A stretch of 64,000 bases of DNA from Candidatus Poribacteria bacterium (GTDB taxonomy: Bacteria > Poribacteria > WGA-4E > WGA-3G), in the NCBI GenBank assembly GCA_028824685.1, contig JAPPCZ010000087.1, positions 25,915 to 89,914 of the forward strand. The letters run 5' to 3'. The notes under the pieces were generated by a model. That model had not been told where the DNA came from and ran no database searches. It saw only the letters and a program-made list of their open reading frames with translations. The position numbers were made by a program, and so were the translations under genes. Positions 40,894 through 50,763 of the stretch are shown here, piece after piece (position 1 is the stretch's first letter; the number at the start of each line of letters is the position of its first letter).

Positions 40894-41874
40894 ATGGGTG
40901 GAGTAAGTTTGACTTCAGATAACAAGAGATTTCAAGCCTCTTTCAGCACGATGCGATGGTTTGATGCGAAAGGTGGACACCTTGAAGATGAAGGGGTTTT
41001 CATCGGTCCAAACGGAAACCGAAAAATAGACACAGTCCCGCAGCATCAACATCATGTCGTTTTGAACATTTACCGTGTTGATGTAGGGTTAAAATATCTA
41101 CTCGGTTCCCAATGGATATTGGAAGCAAACCTTCCTTATGAATCCAAAGTTCAAGAAGCCAGTATTGAGAAGATTGACGGTGTTGAATATACTCAAGAAC
41201 AGTGGGAGGCAATTGAAGAAAATGGGTTTATCCATCATCGCGACGACACCTACACCGGTCTATCAGATTCAGAAGTTTTTCTTGGACATTATAGACGAGG
41301 TGTCTTGGCAGAGGGTGATTATTTAATGGGGCGTATCGGAACGTCAATTCCATTTGGTAAAACTGAGGATGACCCGTGGAAACTCGGAGAGAAGGGAGAA
41401 GAACACCTACATATCCAATTTGGGACTGGAACTTTCAACCCCATCTTAGACCTGCACTATAATCTACCTATCTATAAGGGGTTAGCATCTCATACGAGTG
41501 TCCGCGCAAAATTACCGTTCTACGAGAACAGTAAAACATATCGTGGTTCAAATGAACTTACATATTCAGCAGGATTGAACTATCGCCTGAATAAATGGTT
41601 TTCTTTCCGAGCAGGTTACCTTGGGATATATCAATCTTTTTCGTATTGGGATGGAGAAATAGACAAAAATACTGGACTCCTTTTCGGCATGGCATCGCTC
41701 AGTACATCTATCACAACACCATTCAATGTCCCGTTATCACTTTCGATTTTGTTGCCATTGCATCAAAAAACACTATATGATGATAGTGACGCTTTTGTTG
41801 ATGGCAAATATGAAGAAAGTGACGCTTTTGAGTTCGGTCCGCTTGTCTCTTTAACAGTTTTATATTCATTTTAG
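40894..41874 (+). CDS. hypothetical secreted / outer-membrane-like protein; a signal peptide is encoded in a different frame just upstream (probable frameshift)
   Basis: ORF at 40770-40859 encodes MKTKIFYVLLMLQLLLPFGVIDNAFGQES (typical signal peptide) in frame 0. The main ORF is open from 40870 in frame 1, leaving a 10-nt gap between the two frames. Confidence 0.45.
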   Translation: MGGVSLTSDNKRFQASFSTMRWFDAKGGHLEDEGVFIGPNGNRKIDTVPQHQHHVVLNIYRVDVGLKYLLGSQWILEANLPYESKVQEASIEKIDGVEYTQEQWEAIEENGFIHHRDDTYTGLSDSEVFLGHYRRGVLAEGDYLMGRIGTSIPFGKTEDDPWKLGEKGEEHLHIQFGTGTFNPILDLHYNLPIYKGLASHTSVRAKLPFYENSKTYRGSNELTYSAGLNYRLNKWFSFRAGYLGIYQSFSYWDGEIDKNTGLLFGMASLSTSITTPFNVPLSLSILLPLHQKTLYDDSDAFVDGKYEESDAFEFGPLVSLTVLYSF

Positions 41875-41925
41875 GTTTTCACAATGCTTATTCAGTATGT
41901 ACACGAGGGTTTATAGACAAGATAA

Positions 41926-42357
41926 ATGATAGCACACAGCAGAGGAGTCCAAATCTTTCAGGGCATAATTAGCGTTATTTTGGGTGTTGTCAGCATTTTA
42001 CTGGCTATCGTATTACGACAATCCGCATATCTAACCACGACTCTCACCATATTTTTTACAGTTGGATTGATTCTTATTTTTTCTGGAGACTACCTCATAA
42101 ACCCTTTTGGTATGCCTACAGATCCCTTCAAACAACAACTCCTAAGTGAGTTGTGTCTTATCGCTTACGGGACTTTTTATGTAAATATTGGGATGTCCCG
42201 ACTTTTACAACCACTTTTGGTGATGAACATCTCACAAATCTTAGATCCTGTTTGGATACGGCGGGGTATTAGTAGCATCGGTATTCTACTAATTATCGGT
42301 GGTATTTACGGTGTCGTAACTTTGCTAAAAAACCCGGATATAGAGCCTTCTGAATAA
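41926..42357 (+). CDS. small polytopic membrane protein, unknown function
   Basis: 4 predicted TM helices. 143 aa. Confidence 0.45.
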   Translation: MIAHSRGVQIFQGIISVILGVVSILLAIVLRQSAYLTTTLTIFFTVGLILIFSGDYLINPFGMPTDPFKQQLLSELCLIAYGTFYVNIGMSRLLQPLLVMNISQILDPVWIRRGISSIGILLIIGGIYGVVTLLKNPDIEPSE

Positions 42358-42387
42358 TTGATGTTGAAAATGCCGTCAATACTGTAT

Positions 42388-42693
42388 TTACCGTGCTATA
42401 ATGACCGCATACCGAAGCGGTTTTTCACCCACGTTCCTTATGCCGTGCAAAACTTGACAATCAACATGTACAGCTTCATTGTCACTAACGCGGTGCGTCT
42501 GTTCTCCGAATAGGACTTCACCTTCTCCAGAAAAAACATAGAAAATTTCTTGTCCATCATGTGTATGTGGTGGATGTGCGCGTTGCCCCGGTCCAACTTC
42601 GGAGATGTGTAGATGGAGTTGTTCCGTGTCTGCGCCATCTTCAAAAACGAATCGATCAATACCTTTGATGTCAGTTCTTACTGTTTCTGCCAT
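42388..42693 (-). CDS. cupin-domain protein
   Basis: Cupin motifs HPPHTHDGQEIFYVFSGEG and ...HGI. 101 aa. Confidence 0.7.
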   Translation of the reverse strand: MAETVRTDIKGIDRFVFEDGADTEQLHLHISEVGPGQRAHPPHTHDGQEIFYVFSGEGEVLFGEQTHRVSDNEAVHVDCQVLHGIRNVGEKPLRYAVIIAR

Positions 42694-42763
42694 TCGTAAC
42701 CTCCTTTCTTTTTATTATTCTATCACACTCCTTAAAACCTATCAAGTTGAAAAGACTCTCTAT

Positions 42764-43093
42764 CAGGGTTATTCAGTTTTCAATATTTTTGATGGTTTTT
42801 TGCTATGACGTTAATTTGATGTGTTGCCATCTTGTCCGTGTCTTTAGTCCCATAGGGACGCTATGTTTATAGAAAAATGTTATCTACCTCTCTTGAGTTC
42901 CGGGGAATGCCTAAATGGCATTCATACCGTTGATTTGGTAGGAACGGCATAGAAGATTTAACATATTGTCCTCGCCAAATACAAAACGCGTATTTGGCGA
43001 GGATTCATGGGACTAAAGAACAATTTCATGTTTGTGGATATGAACTTTCAGTAAACCTCAATACCAGAAAACTCTTAAAACTGAATAACCCTG
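42764..43093. mobile_element. MITE-like element, copy 2 (17-bp TIR CAGGGTTATTCAGTTTT) with 9-bp target-site duplication ACTCTCTAT
   Basis: TIRs at 42764-42780 and 43077-43093. Identical direct flanks ACTCTCTAT at 42755-42763 and 43094-43102. The left ~90 bp and right ~50 bp are shared with copy 1 at 8364-8653. No coding capacity. Confidence 0.85.
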
Positions 43094-43104
43094 ACTCTCT
43101 ATCC

Positions 43105-43205
43105 AAAGCCATTCAATTGTCACGAAGTCATCTTGTTGGAGGGCTTTGTAAGCCCGATTTATTACCCAACGGTAGGCGCGTTTTGTAAACGCGCCTACCG
43201 TTGGC
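43105..43205. repeat. repeat modules CATTCAATTGTCACGAAG...TTGGAGGGCTTTGTAAGCCCGAT and CGGTAGGCGCGTTTTGTAAACGCGCCTACCG
   Basis: Copies of the modules at 39445 and 36735/50722/58300. Confidence 0.7.
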
Positions 43206-43316
43206 ATATTTTGCACGTAAAGTGCCTCAAATTGAAACCTGTTCCCAAGTTGCTTTCAACAACTATGTGTGATATACTCTAAACATCAAATATAACGGAT
43301 CCGATGAGACACATCA

Positions 43317-44243
43317 ATGCCGCGAAACAAATGGACGGATAGTACTGTATATCTAACTGTTTTGGTTTTCAGTTGGGTTTGCTGCATTCTCACAAGAAAA
43401 TGGGCGATGGGTCTCGGAAGTGCTATTGGCAAACTCCTCTATCGGATTCTCAAAAAACGGAGACAGATTGCGCTCAATAACATGCAAATAGCCTTTGGAG
43501 ACGACTTAAAACAAACACACCGACAAGAAATATGTAAAGCATGTTTTATCAATTTCGGTAAAACCGTAATTGAATTTATGCGATTCCCAAAATTAAATGC
43601 TGAGAATATCTGGTGTGAAGTTACCGTTCATGGTAGAGAACACCTCAATTCAGCATTAGAAAAAGGAAAAGGCGCTATTGTGTTCCTACCACATTTCGGG
43701 AATTGGGAACTCCTCTCACTTGTTTACGGCGCACTCATTCCGAATAGAGCAAAGGCGATCGCTTTTCCGCTGAAAAATGCCCGACTGAACGACTTAATTT
43801 GGCGGCATCGGCAGCTCCTAAGTTTAGAATTAATTCCGAGAAAAAACGCAATTCGTGCTACCCTCCGTGCACTTAAAAACAATGATGCTGTCGGATTTTT
43901 TGCCGATCAGAATGCTGGAGATCAGGGTGTGTTCATAGATTTCTTTGGTAAACCTGCATCTACAGCGAGAGGACCAGTATCTATTGCGCTCAAAACCCGG
44001 GCACCGATCCTCTTTTCACTGGATATCCGACAACCAGACGATCGACACCACGTCCATATTTCTCCTCCGCTCCATTTGGAACTCTCTGATGATTTTGAAA
44101 AAGACGTAGAATCATACACAGCACATCTTATGAAACAGTTGGAAAAATACATACAGAAATATCCAGATCAGTGGTTTTGGATACACAACCGATGGAAAAC
44201 CCAACCAAACCCGAATCGGCAGGAAATAAGAAAAAAATCGTGA
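43317..44243 (+). CDS. lipid A biosynthesis lauroyl/myristoyl acyltransferase family (LpxL/HtrB-like lysophospholipid acyltransferase)
   Basis: N-terminal TM helix. HFGNWE (HX4E) acyltransferase motif. 308 aa. Confidence 0.7.
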   Translation: MPRNKWTDSTVYLTVLVFSWVCCILTRKWAMGLGSAIGKLLYRILKKRRQIALNNMQIAFGDDLKQTHRQEICKACFINFGKTVIEFMRFPKLNAENIWCEVTVHGREHLNSALEKGKGAIVFLPHFGNWELLSLVYGALIPNRAKAIAFPLKNARLNDLIWRHRQLLSLELIPRKNAIRATLRALKNNDAVGFFADQNAGDQGVFIDFFGKPASTARGPVSIALKTRAPILFSLDIRQPDDRHHVHISPPLHLELSDDFEKDVESYTAHLMKQLEKYIQKYPDQWFWIHNRWKTQPNPNRQEIRKKS

Positions 44244-44368
44244 TTAGCAGATGTAAGCAAGCTTTGTGAAATTTATTGCACTAATGTTGGAATTGTGGTA
44301 AAATATAAAGACGTTAAAAATACCATACAATAACTTTGAAGCGAATTTAACCGCAGTGGAGTATCCTC

Positions 44369-45913
44369 ATGAAAAGATTTACATTGTCCTTCATCGTTTT
44401 AGTTGTCGCGATTGGCATTCCTTTGCTATTCATACATTCCAGTGAAAAAGATGTAACAAATGATGAACGAGTCACGCTGGTTGAGCTAAACAACGCTCTC
44501 GCTTTTGCTATTAGAACCGCCGAAAATAATTACTACAAACCGGTAGACAAACACGCAATGTACGAAGGGGCAATTAAAGGCGCGCTCGCTGCAATTGGAG
44601 ACCCATACACTTTTCTTCTATCGGAACGCGATCATCAACGTTCTGTTGAAAATCTATACAACGCGGAATTTGGTGGACTTGGTGTTAGCATTTACACTGA
44701 TCACCGCGGATTTGTTAAAATTTCTAAACCGATGCCAGGAACTCCCGCAGAAACGGCACAACTCCAAGCTGGCGACTATATTACTAAAGTCAACGGAAAG
44801 CAAATTTATTTAGGTGAAAGGACAGGAATGACTATTCACGATGTCGTCGATTTACTTCGAGGTGCAGTGGATACAGATGTGACACTTACCGTGCAGCGAA
44901 AATTTCTGCAGCCGTTTGAGATAAAACTGACACGAGCCAAAATTTCGGTACCAAGTGTTACATCAACTATGCTTGAAGACAAAATTGGTTATATTCGGAT
45001 CACCAAATTCATTGGAACAGACAGGGCAGGCGGGACAGAGGAAGAATTCAACAAAGCGCTCGCTGCACATAAAGATGCAGAAATGCAAGCATTGATTTTA
45101 GATTTGCGAAGCAATCAAGGTGGACTTCTTGACGCGGCATATCACATCGCTGACGCATTTATCAATAGTGGCGTTATTGTCTCTACGAGGGGACGGAATA
45201 GCGAATTTAATGAGGCATATCCTGCCCACTCTAACATCTTGTGCCCTCCAGAAATTCCGATCGTTGTTCTCGTTGATGAGTATAGCGCAAGTGCTTCCGA
45301 AATCGTCGCTGGTGCAATAAAAGATACTGGACGAGGCATTCTTGTCGGCACAAAAACTTATGGTAAAGGCGTTGTTCAAAAACGATACCCCTTGACAGGG
45401 ATCGGTGCAATCTCGCTCACTATCTCCTCATATTATACACCTAATGGAACATCAATTGATAAATCTGGCATCACCCCACAGGTCCCTGTTGCTGAGGTTG
45501 AACCGAATAGAATTGAACAGGTGATGCAGAGACTCGTCTCAGAAAGAAATGCCGTTGAAAATTTTGTCACCAATTGGATTGAAGAAGAGATAAAACGTAC
45601 CGGAGAAATACCGAAAGATTTTGCATTACTTGAAACAGGACTCCCACAGTTTAAGCAAACTCTTGCAAGTGAAGGGTTGAGGGTTAGCCTGCGGTGGTTG
45701 ACATTACGTGCAGAACAACTGTTTAACCTCAATGTCGGTATTGAACGGGTTGTAAATTTAAAATATGACACGCAATTACAGGAAGCAATTCGCATCATAA
45801 AAGCTGATGAGGTTGGAAGTACTATCCAGTTGTACCACACACTCGATCAGACACTGAAGTTTTTGGGAGAAGAATTGCAAAATCTTGCACACGGTCATGG
45901 ACAGATAAATTGA
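44369..45913 (+). CDS. carboxyl-terminal processing protease (S41 family, PDZ-containing)
   Basis: N-terminal signal anchor. PDZ region (GGLGVSIY...). S41 catalytic region DLRSNQGGLL ... SASASEIVAGA ... TKTYGKGVVQ (Ser/Lys dyad). Confidence 0.8.
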   Translation: MKRFTLSFIVLVVAIGIPLLFIHSSEKDVTNDERVTLVELNNALAFAIRTAENNYYKPVDKHAMYEGAIKGALAAIGDPYTFLLSERDHQRSVENLYNAEFGGLGVSIYTDHRGFVKISKPMPGTPAETAQLQAGDYITKVNGKQIYLGERTGMTIHDVVDLLRGAVDTDVTLTVQRKFLQPFEIKLTRAKISVPSVTSTMLEDKIGYIRITKFIGTDRAGGTEEEFNKALAAHKDAEMQALILDLRSNQGGLLDAAYHIADAFINSGVIVSTRGRNSEFNEAYPAHSNILCPPEIPIVVLVDEYSASASEIVAGAIKDTGRGILVGTKTYGKGVVQKRYPLTGIGAISLTISSYYTPNGTSIDKSGITPQVPVAEVEPNRIEQVMQRLVSERNAVENFVTNWIEEEIKRTGEIPKDFALLETGLPQFKQTLASEGLRVSLRWLTLRAEQLFNLNVGIERVVNLKYDTQLQEAIRIIKADEVGSTIQLYHTLDQTLKFLGEELQNLAHGHGQIN

Positions 45914-45946
45914 AAACTTACCTTATAACACAGTAGAATAGGTTCA

Positions 45947-47242
45947 ATGAATGATATCAGAGATGCTCATCACACACTCGGTAAAGCATACCTACGTGAT
46001 GCCCAGTATGACGAAGCGATCACGCATTTCAATAAGGTTCTTGAACTGGATCATGATTTCGTTGACGCACACTGCGAATTGTGTCGTGCCTATCTTGCCC
46101 AAAATGCATTAGATAATGCTGAGATATCTGCCCTCACCGCACAGCGTTTAGCCCCCAACTCTCCTGTAGTCCAGTCCATCGTAGACTCATTAAAAGATGC
46201 CTACTACGATACAGGTATTACTGCCCTCAACGCAGCGCGTTATAGTGAAGCAGTTGAATCATTTCAGAAGACGATTACTTTTGATGCAGCACATAAAGAA
46301 GCCTACCATTCGCTTGCTCTTGCTTACTTCGGACAGCATCAATTACAAGAAGCAAAAAATGCTGTGCAAACCGCTCTCAAAATTGATCCAAACTATACTG
46401 CTGCGCTGTCCTTGTTAGAAGCAATTGACCCCAACTCGTCACAACCAACACCGAACAATACCGATACACCGACCACAGAAAAAACTGAACCTGTACCAAA
46501 CCCTGATCCTGTTCCAACGGATATTGACAAAGAGATGGAACGCGGACGCGTTTTTCTCAACAATAAGCAATACCCGCAAGCAGAAGCAGTATTCAAAAAG
46601 ATAATAAAGGCAGAACCACAGTCCTATCAAGCACATCAACAACTTGGACAGACTTACTTGGAAATCGGCGCATTGAACGATGCCAAGAGTGAGGCAGACA
46701 TCGCATTACGGATTAGACCCGACTCCCGACCCGCACAAGAACTCCAAAACGCCATCATTTTCCTCACTAAACGGGAAAAACAGCAGCACCTTCAAAAGAA
46801 AATAATAGGATACCTGATCAACATCGCAATCCTCACAGTCTGCGGATTTATCGCTTTCAAATTCGGTGTCTTCGATCGGATTTTACCTGAAAAGATACCA
46901 CCCGATCTTTTAATCCACACCACTTTAGAAGACCCAACCAACAAGAACGGATACATAGATGCCGGCGAAAATGTGCGTCTGAAATTGATGATTTCTAACA
47001 CTGGCGGTACCGCAAAAGAGTTGAAAGTGAGTATACAGCCAAAGTCTATCGGCGGATTACGCTATCAGATACCCGATAGAACGCTGGACATACGAAAAAA
47101 TGGATTTGAAATGATGCGGATCCCGATGACAGCTGATAAACAAGCACGTACCAGAAAAGTACCTATAGAAATACAGGTCTTAGATAAAAATCAAATACCG
47201 CTGGCGACAACAGATTTTCAACTCAATATCAAGTCAAAATAA
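45947..47242 (+). CDS. TPR-repeat protein with Pro/Thr-rich linker, one TM helix and a C-terminal domain of unknown function
   Basis: Multiple TPR-like units (AYLRDAQYDEAITHFNKVLELD...). Linker PNNTDTPTTEKTEPVPNPDPVP. TM helix IIGYLINIAILTVCGFIAF. Confidence 0.6.
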   Translation: MNDIRDAHHTLGKAYLRDAQYDEAITHFNKVLELDHDFVDAHCELCRAYLAQNALDNAEISALTAQRLAPNSPVVQSIVDSLKDAYYDTGITALNAARYSEAVESFQKTITFDAAHKEAYHSLALAYFGQHQLQEAKNAVQTALKIDPNYTAALSLLEAIDPNSSQPTPNNTDTPTTEKTEPVPNPDPVPTDIDKEMERGRVFLNNKQYPQAEAVFKKIIKAEPQSYQAHQQLGQTYLEIGALNDAKSEADIALRIRPDSRPAQELQNAIIFLTKREKQQHLQKKIIGYLINIAILTVCGFIAFKFGVFDRILPEKIPPDLLIHTTLEDPTNKNGYIDAGENVRLKLMISNTGGTAKELKVSIQPKSIGGLRYQIPDRTLDIRKNGFEMMRIPMTADKQARTRKVPIEIQVLDKNQIPLATTDFQLNIKSK

Positions 47243-47319
47243 TGGAATCATCCTCATTGAATTACAGCAGCAACTTAAATAGTGGAGTGTTGAGTCTAAA
47301 ATTAAAGGTATTAGCAATA

Positions 47320-47420
47320 GTCGGGAATCGAAGTTCCCGACTACAATACACAAGGTTTCTGCGAATCAACGCTGAATGCGCGTATGGCATTCAGCGGGAG
47401 CGATCTCCGAATCGCGACCT
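47320..47420. repeat. repeat block (AGTCGGGAATCGAAGTTCCCGACT, GCTGAATGCGCGTATGGCATTCAGC, GAGCGATCTCCGAATCGCGACC)
   Basis: The same three module types appear at 7725-7800 and 50560-50690. It overlaps the 5' end of the track ORF 47384, which is therefore probably over-extended. Confidence 0.8.
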
Positions 47421-47479
47421 ACAATATAAATGTTAACACTCCAATAGGTTTCGCAGCGTTTTATCCCTTGCAAAAATCA

Positions 47480-49411
47480 ATGAATCAGCAATCCTCAAAC
47501 ACCACCGAGGTTATTACCAAAAAAGCGATAATCGTAGGTTTAATCCTCGTCATCGTCAATGCGTATTGGGTCGGAATAGCCAGCGAACTCTGGTACGCAG
47601 TCTATACACTTGTTTCCCCTTTTTCTAACGCAGTCTTTACATTGGTAGTGCTACTTGCGCTCAACGTTCTTCTCCGCAGAATCTCACCGCGTATTGCCTT
47701 CACTCCTGCTGAACTCTTATTGATTTACATCATGGTAACGATGGTTTCCACCATTTCTGGACATGCGATGATGGCAATCCTGATGGGGACTTTGGCACAT
47801 CCGTTCTGGTTCGCAAGTGCCGAAAATGAGTGGGCGCAGCTCTTCCTACACCATATCCCGCAATGGCTTACCGCACATGAACCTGAATGGTTAGCCGGTT
47901 ATTATGAGGGTGAATCAAGTCTCTATTTGGCAGAACATATTCGTGTGTGGACGAAGCCAGTACTCATCTGGTCGAGTTTCATTTTACTCCTCTACGGGTC
48001 GTTGCTCTGTTTAGGACTATTGCTCCGAAAACAGTGGATGGAACGTGAAAAATTGAGCTTTCCTTTAACACAGTTGCCGTTGCAGATGACAACGAACCGC
48101 AGTTTCTTTCGTTCACGTTCGCTATGGATAGGGTTCGGAATTGCTGCGCTGCTCCGCGTTATTGCTGGCTTGCATGATCTGTTTCCAGTAATACCTGCTT
48201 TTCCGTCCAGTTACCGACTTGATAGACACATAACAGAAAGACCTTGGAATGCTGTCGGTTATGTCTCTATGTCCTTCAACCTTGCCATTGTCGGATTGAC
48301 CTATTTCATGCCGCTTGACCTCGCGTTTTCTACGTGGTTTTTCTTTTGGTTGACACGCGCAGAACGGGTGATTGCAAGCGCGGTAGGTTTAACGAATATC
48401 AGCAAACTTCACCTTAATGATCGTGCTTCCGGGGCTTGGGTTGGTATTGCTGTGCTAACTTTGTGGATGGGCCGCAGACATATCCTTAGGTTCTTCAAAC
48501 ATGTCATTGGACTTGAACGTGGCGACGATAGCACCGAGCCAATATCTTATCGGACAACTGCAATTCTCTCAATTCTCAGCGTGGGAGCGGTGTTTGCTTT
48601 CTGTTATATTGCAGGAATGTCTTTATGGGTTATTGCTATCTTTTACGCTTTATTTGTTGCTTTTGCTTTAGCAATCGGACGCGTTCGTGCGGAATTAGGA
48701 CCACCCTATCATGAAGTAATCGGTATCAATCCGCGCCAAATGATGGTGAACATATTTGGAACACGTAGTTTGGGTGCAGCAAACCTCACCGTGATGACAT
48801 TTTTGTATGCTTTTAACCGTTGTAACCGTTCACATCCAATGCCAAACCAAATTGAATCATTGCGAATTGGGGATCAGGCGCGGATTCCCGGTAAAACCTT
48901 GCTTTTGAGCATGACTCTTGCTATCGGTGTTGGCGCACTTGCAACATTTTGGACATATTTGCATGTCGCTTATCACTACGGCGTACTTGCAAGGTGTCAA
49001 GGGCATGTTGGTCATTTCGGATGGGAGAGTTTTAATCCACTGCAAAATTGGCTACAACATCCGAAGGAAGCAAATCTGGGTTCTATTGTATTTATGGGAG
49101 GAGGTTTCGGTTTTGTTTTCCTTCTTAATTTTTTGCGTACCCGTCTGCTGTGGTGGACATTACATCCATCGGGATACGTCCTTTCAGGTGCTTCGTGGGG
49201 TGGCTTGATATACTTTTGGTTTCCTGTTATGGTGAGTTGGTTCATTAAGTTCATGATTTTACGGTTTTCAGGTTGGCAAACATATCGTAGGGCAATACCG
49301 TTTTTCCTCGGATTAGTTTTGGGGGATTTTGTGCCGCGAAGCGTGCTGAGTTTAATTAGTTTTGTGATGAATCTTTATATGCCCTCTTCAGGTGCGGGGC
49401 ATTCGCTTTAG
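47480..49411 (+). CDS. large polytopic membrane protein (>=12 TM), unknown function
   Basis: Start moved to the ATG at 47480 (MNQQSSNTTEV...) because the upstream part of the track ORF is repeat sequence. Hydrophobic throughout. Immediately upstream of an ABC ATPase. Confidence 0.55.
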   Translation: MNQQSSNTTEVITKKAIIVGLILVIVNAYWVGIASELWYAVYTLVSPFSNAVFTLVVLLALNVLLRRISPRIAFTPAELLLIYIMVTMVSTISGHAMMAILMGTLAHPFWFASAENEWAQLFLHHIPQWLTAHEPEWLAGYYEGESSLYLAEHIRVWTKPVLIWSSFILLLYGSLLCLGLLLRKQWMEREKLSFPLTQLPLQMTTNRSFFRSRSLWIGFGIAALLRVIAGLHDLFPVIPAFPSSYRLDRHITERPWNAVGYVSMSFNLAIVGLTYFMPLDLAFSTWFFFWLTRAERVIASAVGLTNISKLHLNDRASGAWVGIAVLTLWMGRRHILRFFKHVIGLERGDDSTEPISYRTTAILSILSVGAVFAFCYIAGMSLWVIAIFYALFVAFALAIGRVRAELGPPYHEVIGINPRQMMVNIFGTRSLGAANLTVMTFLYAFNRCNRSHPMPNQIESLRIGDQARIPGKTLLLSMTLAIGVGALATFWTYLHVAYHYGVLARCQGHVGHFGWESFNPLQNWLQHPKEANLGSIVFMGGGFGFVFLLNFLRTRLLWWTLHPSGYVLSGASWGGLIYFWFPVMVSWFIKFMILRFSGWQTYRRAIPFFLGLVLGDFVPRSVLSLISFVMNLYMPSSGAGHSL

Positions 49412-49439
49412 TATCAATAGCAATAATAGAAATTAGATT

Positions 49440-50483
49440 ATGACACCACTACTCACTGTCAAATCCATAACAAAGCAGTTTGCAGCGATACCTATTGTAC
49501 AGGATGTCAGTTTTGAAGTTTATCCTGGGGAAATCTTCGCGCTTTTGGGTGCAAGTGGCTGTGGTAAAACGACAACGTTGCGCTTAATTGCAGGATTTGA
49601 AAAAGCGGACGCAGGTGTAATTGCTATAGGGGAGCGTGTTCTTGAGGACAAGAAAGTACACATTCCACCTGAATCACGGGAAATTGGATTTGTTTTTCAA
49701 GACTACGCGCTCTTTCCTGACAAAAACGTGCTGGAAAACGCTGCTTTCGGACTTAGTAGAAAAATGCCGAAAAAGGAAAGACACGCCAATGCTTTGGAAA
49801 CTCTTGAAAAAGTCGGAATCGCTGACCTACACGCACGGATGCCGCACCATCTCTCTGGCGGTGAACAGCAACGGGTGGCTTTAGCGCGCTCACTTGCGAC
49901 ACAACCAAAACTGCTGTTGTTAGACGAACCCTTTTCAAGCCTTGATACTGGGCTGCGCCAAGCAACGAGAGAAGAGGTGCGCGGATTGTTAAAAACTTAT
50001 GGTATCAGTGTTGTATTGGTGACCCACGATCAAGAGGAAGCGTTGAGTTTTGCCGAACGGGTTGCCGTGATGAACAACGGCATAATTGAACAGATCGGAA
50101 CACCTGAAGATGTATACCGACAGCCCAAAACAGTATATGTTGCAAATTTTTTGGGAAAAACGAATATCATCAATGCAGACATCAGAAACTGTGTTGCTGA
50201 AACACCGTTTGGATTTTTGGAAATAGATTATCCAAACGCAACCGATATTCTTCTTTCAATCCGTCCAGAACATTTCACCATAGAGAAAAATGTCGCTGAT
50301 ACCAGTGACAAGAACCTTGGACGCATCATTGCACGCGAGTTTAAAGGACACGATTTTACCTACCGCGTTGAGGTAGATGGTAATCCTTACTTTGTCCAAA
50401 CCGATTATAAACGGCATTTCCAAGTCGGTGATAAGGTGATATTGAAACCAATTGAAGCGGTTGTTATTGAAAATAAGGACTAA
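49440..50483 (+). CDS. ABC transporter ATP-binding protein (PotA/FbpC/ModC-like with C-terminal TOBE-like domain)
   Basis: Walker A GASGCGKTT, signature LSGGEQQRVALAR, Walker B LLLDEPFS. 347 aa. Confidence 0.85.
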   Translation: MTPLLTVKSITKQFAAIPIVQDVSFEVYPGEIFALLGASGCGKTTTLRLIAGFEKADAGVIAIGERVLEDKKVHIPPESREIGFVFQDYALFPDKNVLENAAFGLSRKMPKKERHANALETLEKVGIADLHARMPHHLSGGEQQRVALARSLATQPKLLLLDEPFSSLDTGLRQATREEVRGLLKTYGISVVLVTHDQEEALSFAERVAVMNNGIIEQIGTPEDVYRQPKTVYVANFLGKTNIINADIRNCVAETPFGFLEIDYPNATDILLSIRPEHFTIEKNVADTSDKNLGRIIAREFKGHDFTYRVEVDGNPYFVQTDYKRHFQVGDKVILKPIEAVVIENKD

Positions 50484-50559
50484 TTTCAGATGCATCTGTT
50501 ATAGTAAAATCTAATTGAAACAATTATAGTAAAATTATGTAAATAAGTTTACATATATT

Positions 50560-50750
50560 CTGTAGGAGCGATCTCCGAATCTCGACAAAACGGACTGATA
50601 GTCGGGAATCGGAGTTCCCTCCCGCCAAATCATGCAGAATACCAAACGCGTATTCTGCCAAGCGCATTTGGCGTTGATTCACAGATCAGATGTCCAGTTA
50701 ATTGTAGAATTCACTATAATAGCGCGCTTACAAAGCGCGCCTACAAGGTT
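50560..50750. repeat. intergenic repeat block (CTGTAGGAGCGATCTCCGAATCTCGAC, AGTCGGGAATCGGAGTTCCC, CCAAACGCGTATTCTGCCAAGCGCATTTGGCGTTGATTCACAG, TAGCGCGCTTACAAAGCGCGCCTA)
   Basis: Combines modules seen at 7725-7805, 47320-47420, 36735 and 58300. Confidence 0.8.
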
Positions 50751-50763
50751 TATAAATTTATTT

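Noticed and set aside
47384-47479. N-terminal 32 codons of the track ORF 47384-49411
   Set aside because: This stretch is repeat-module sequence (GCGGGAGCGATCTCCGAATCGCGACC...). The start was moved to the ATG at 47480.
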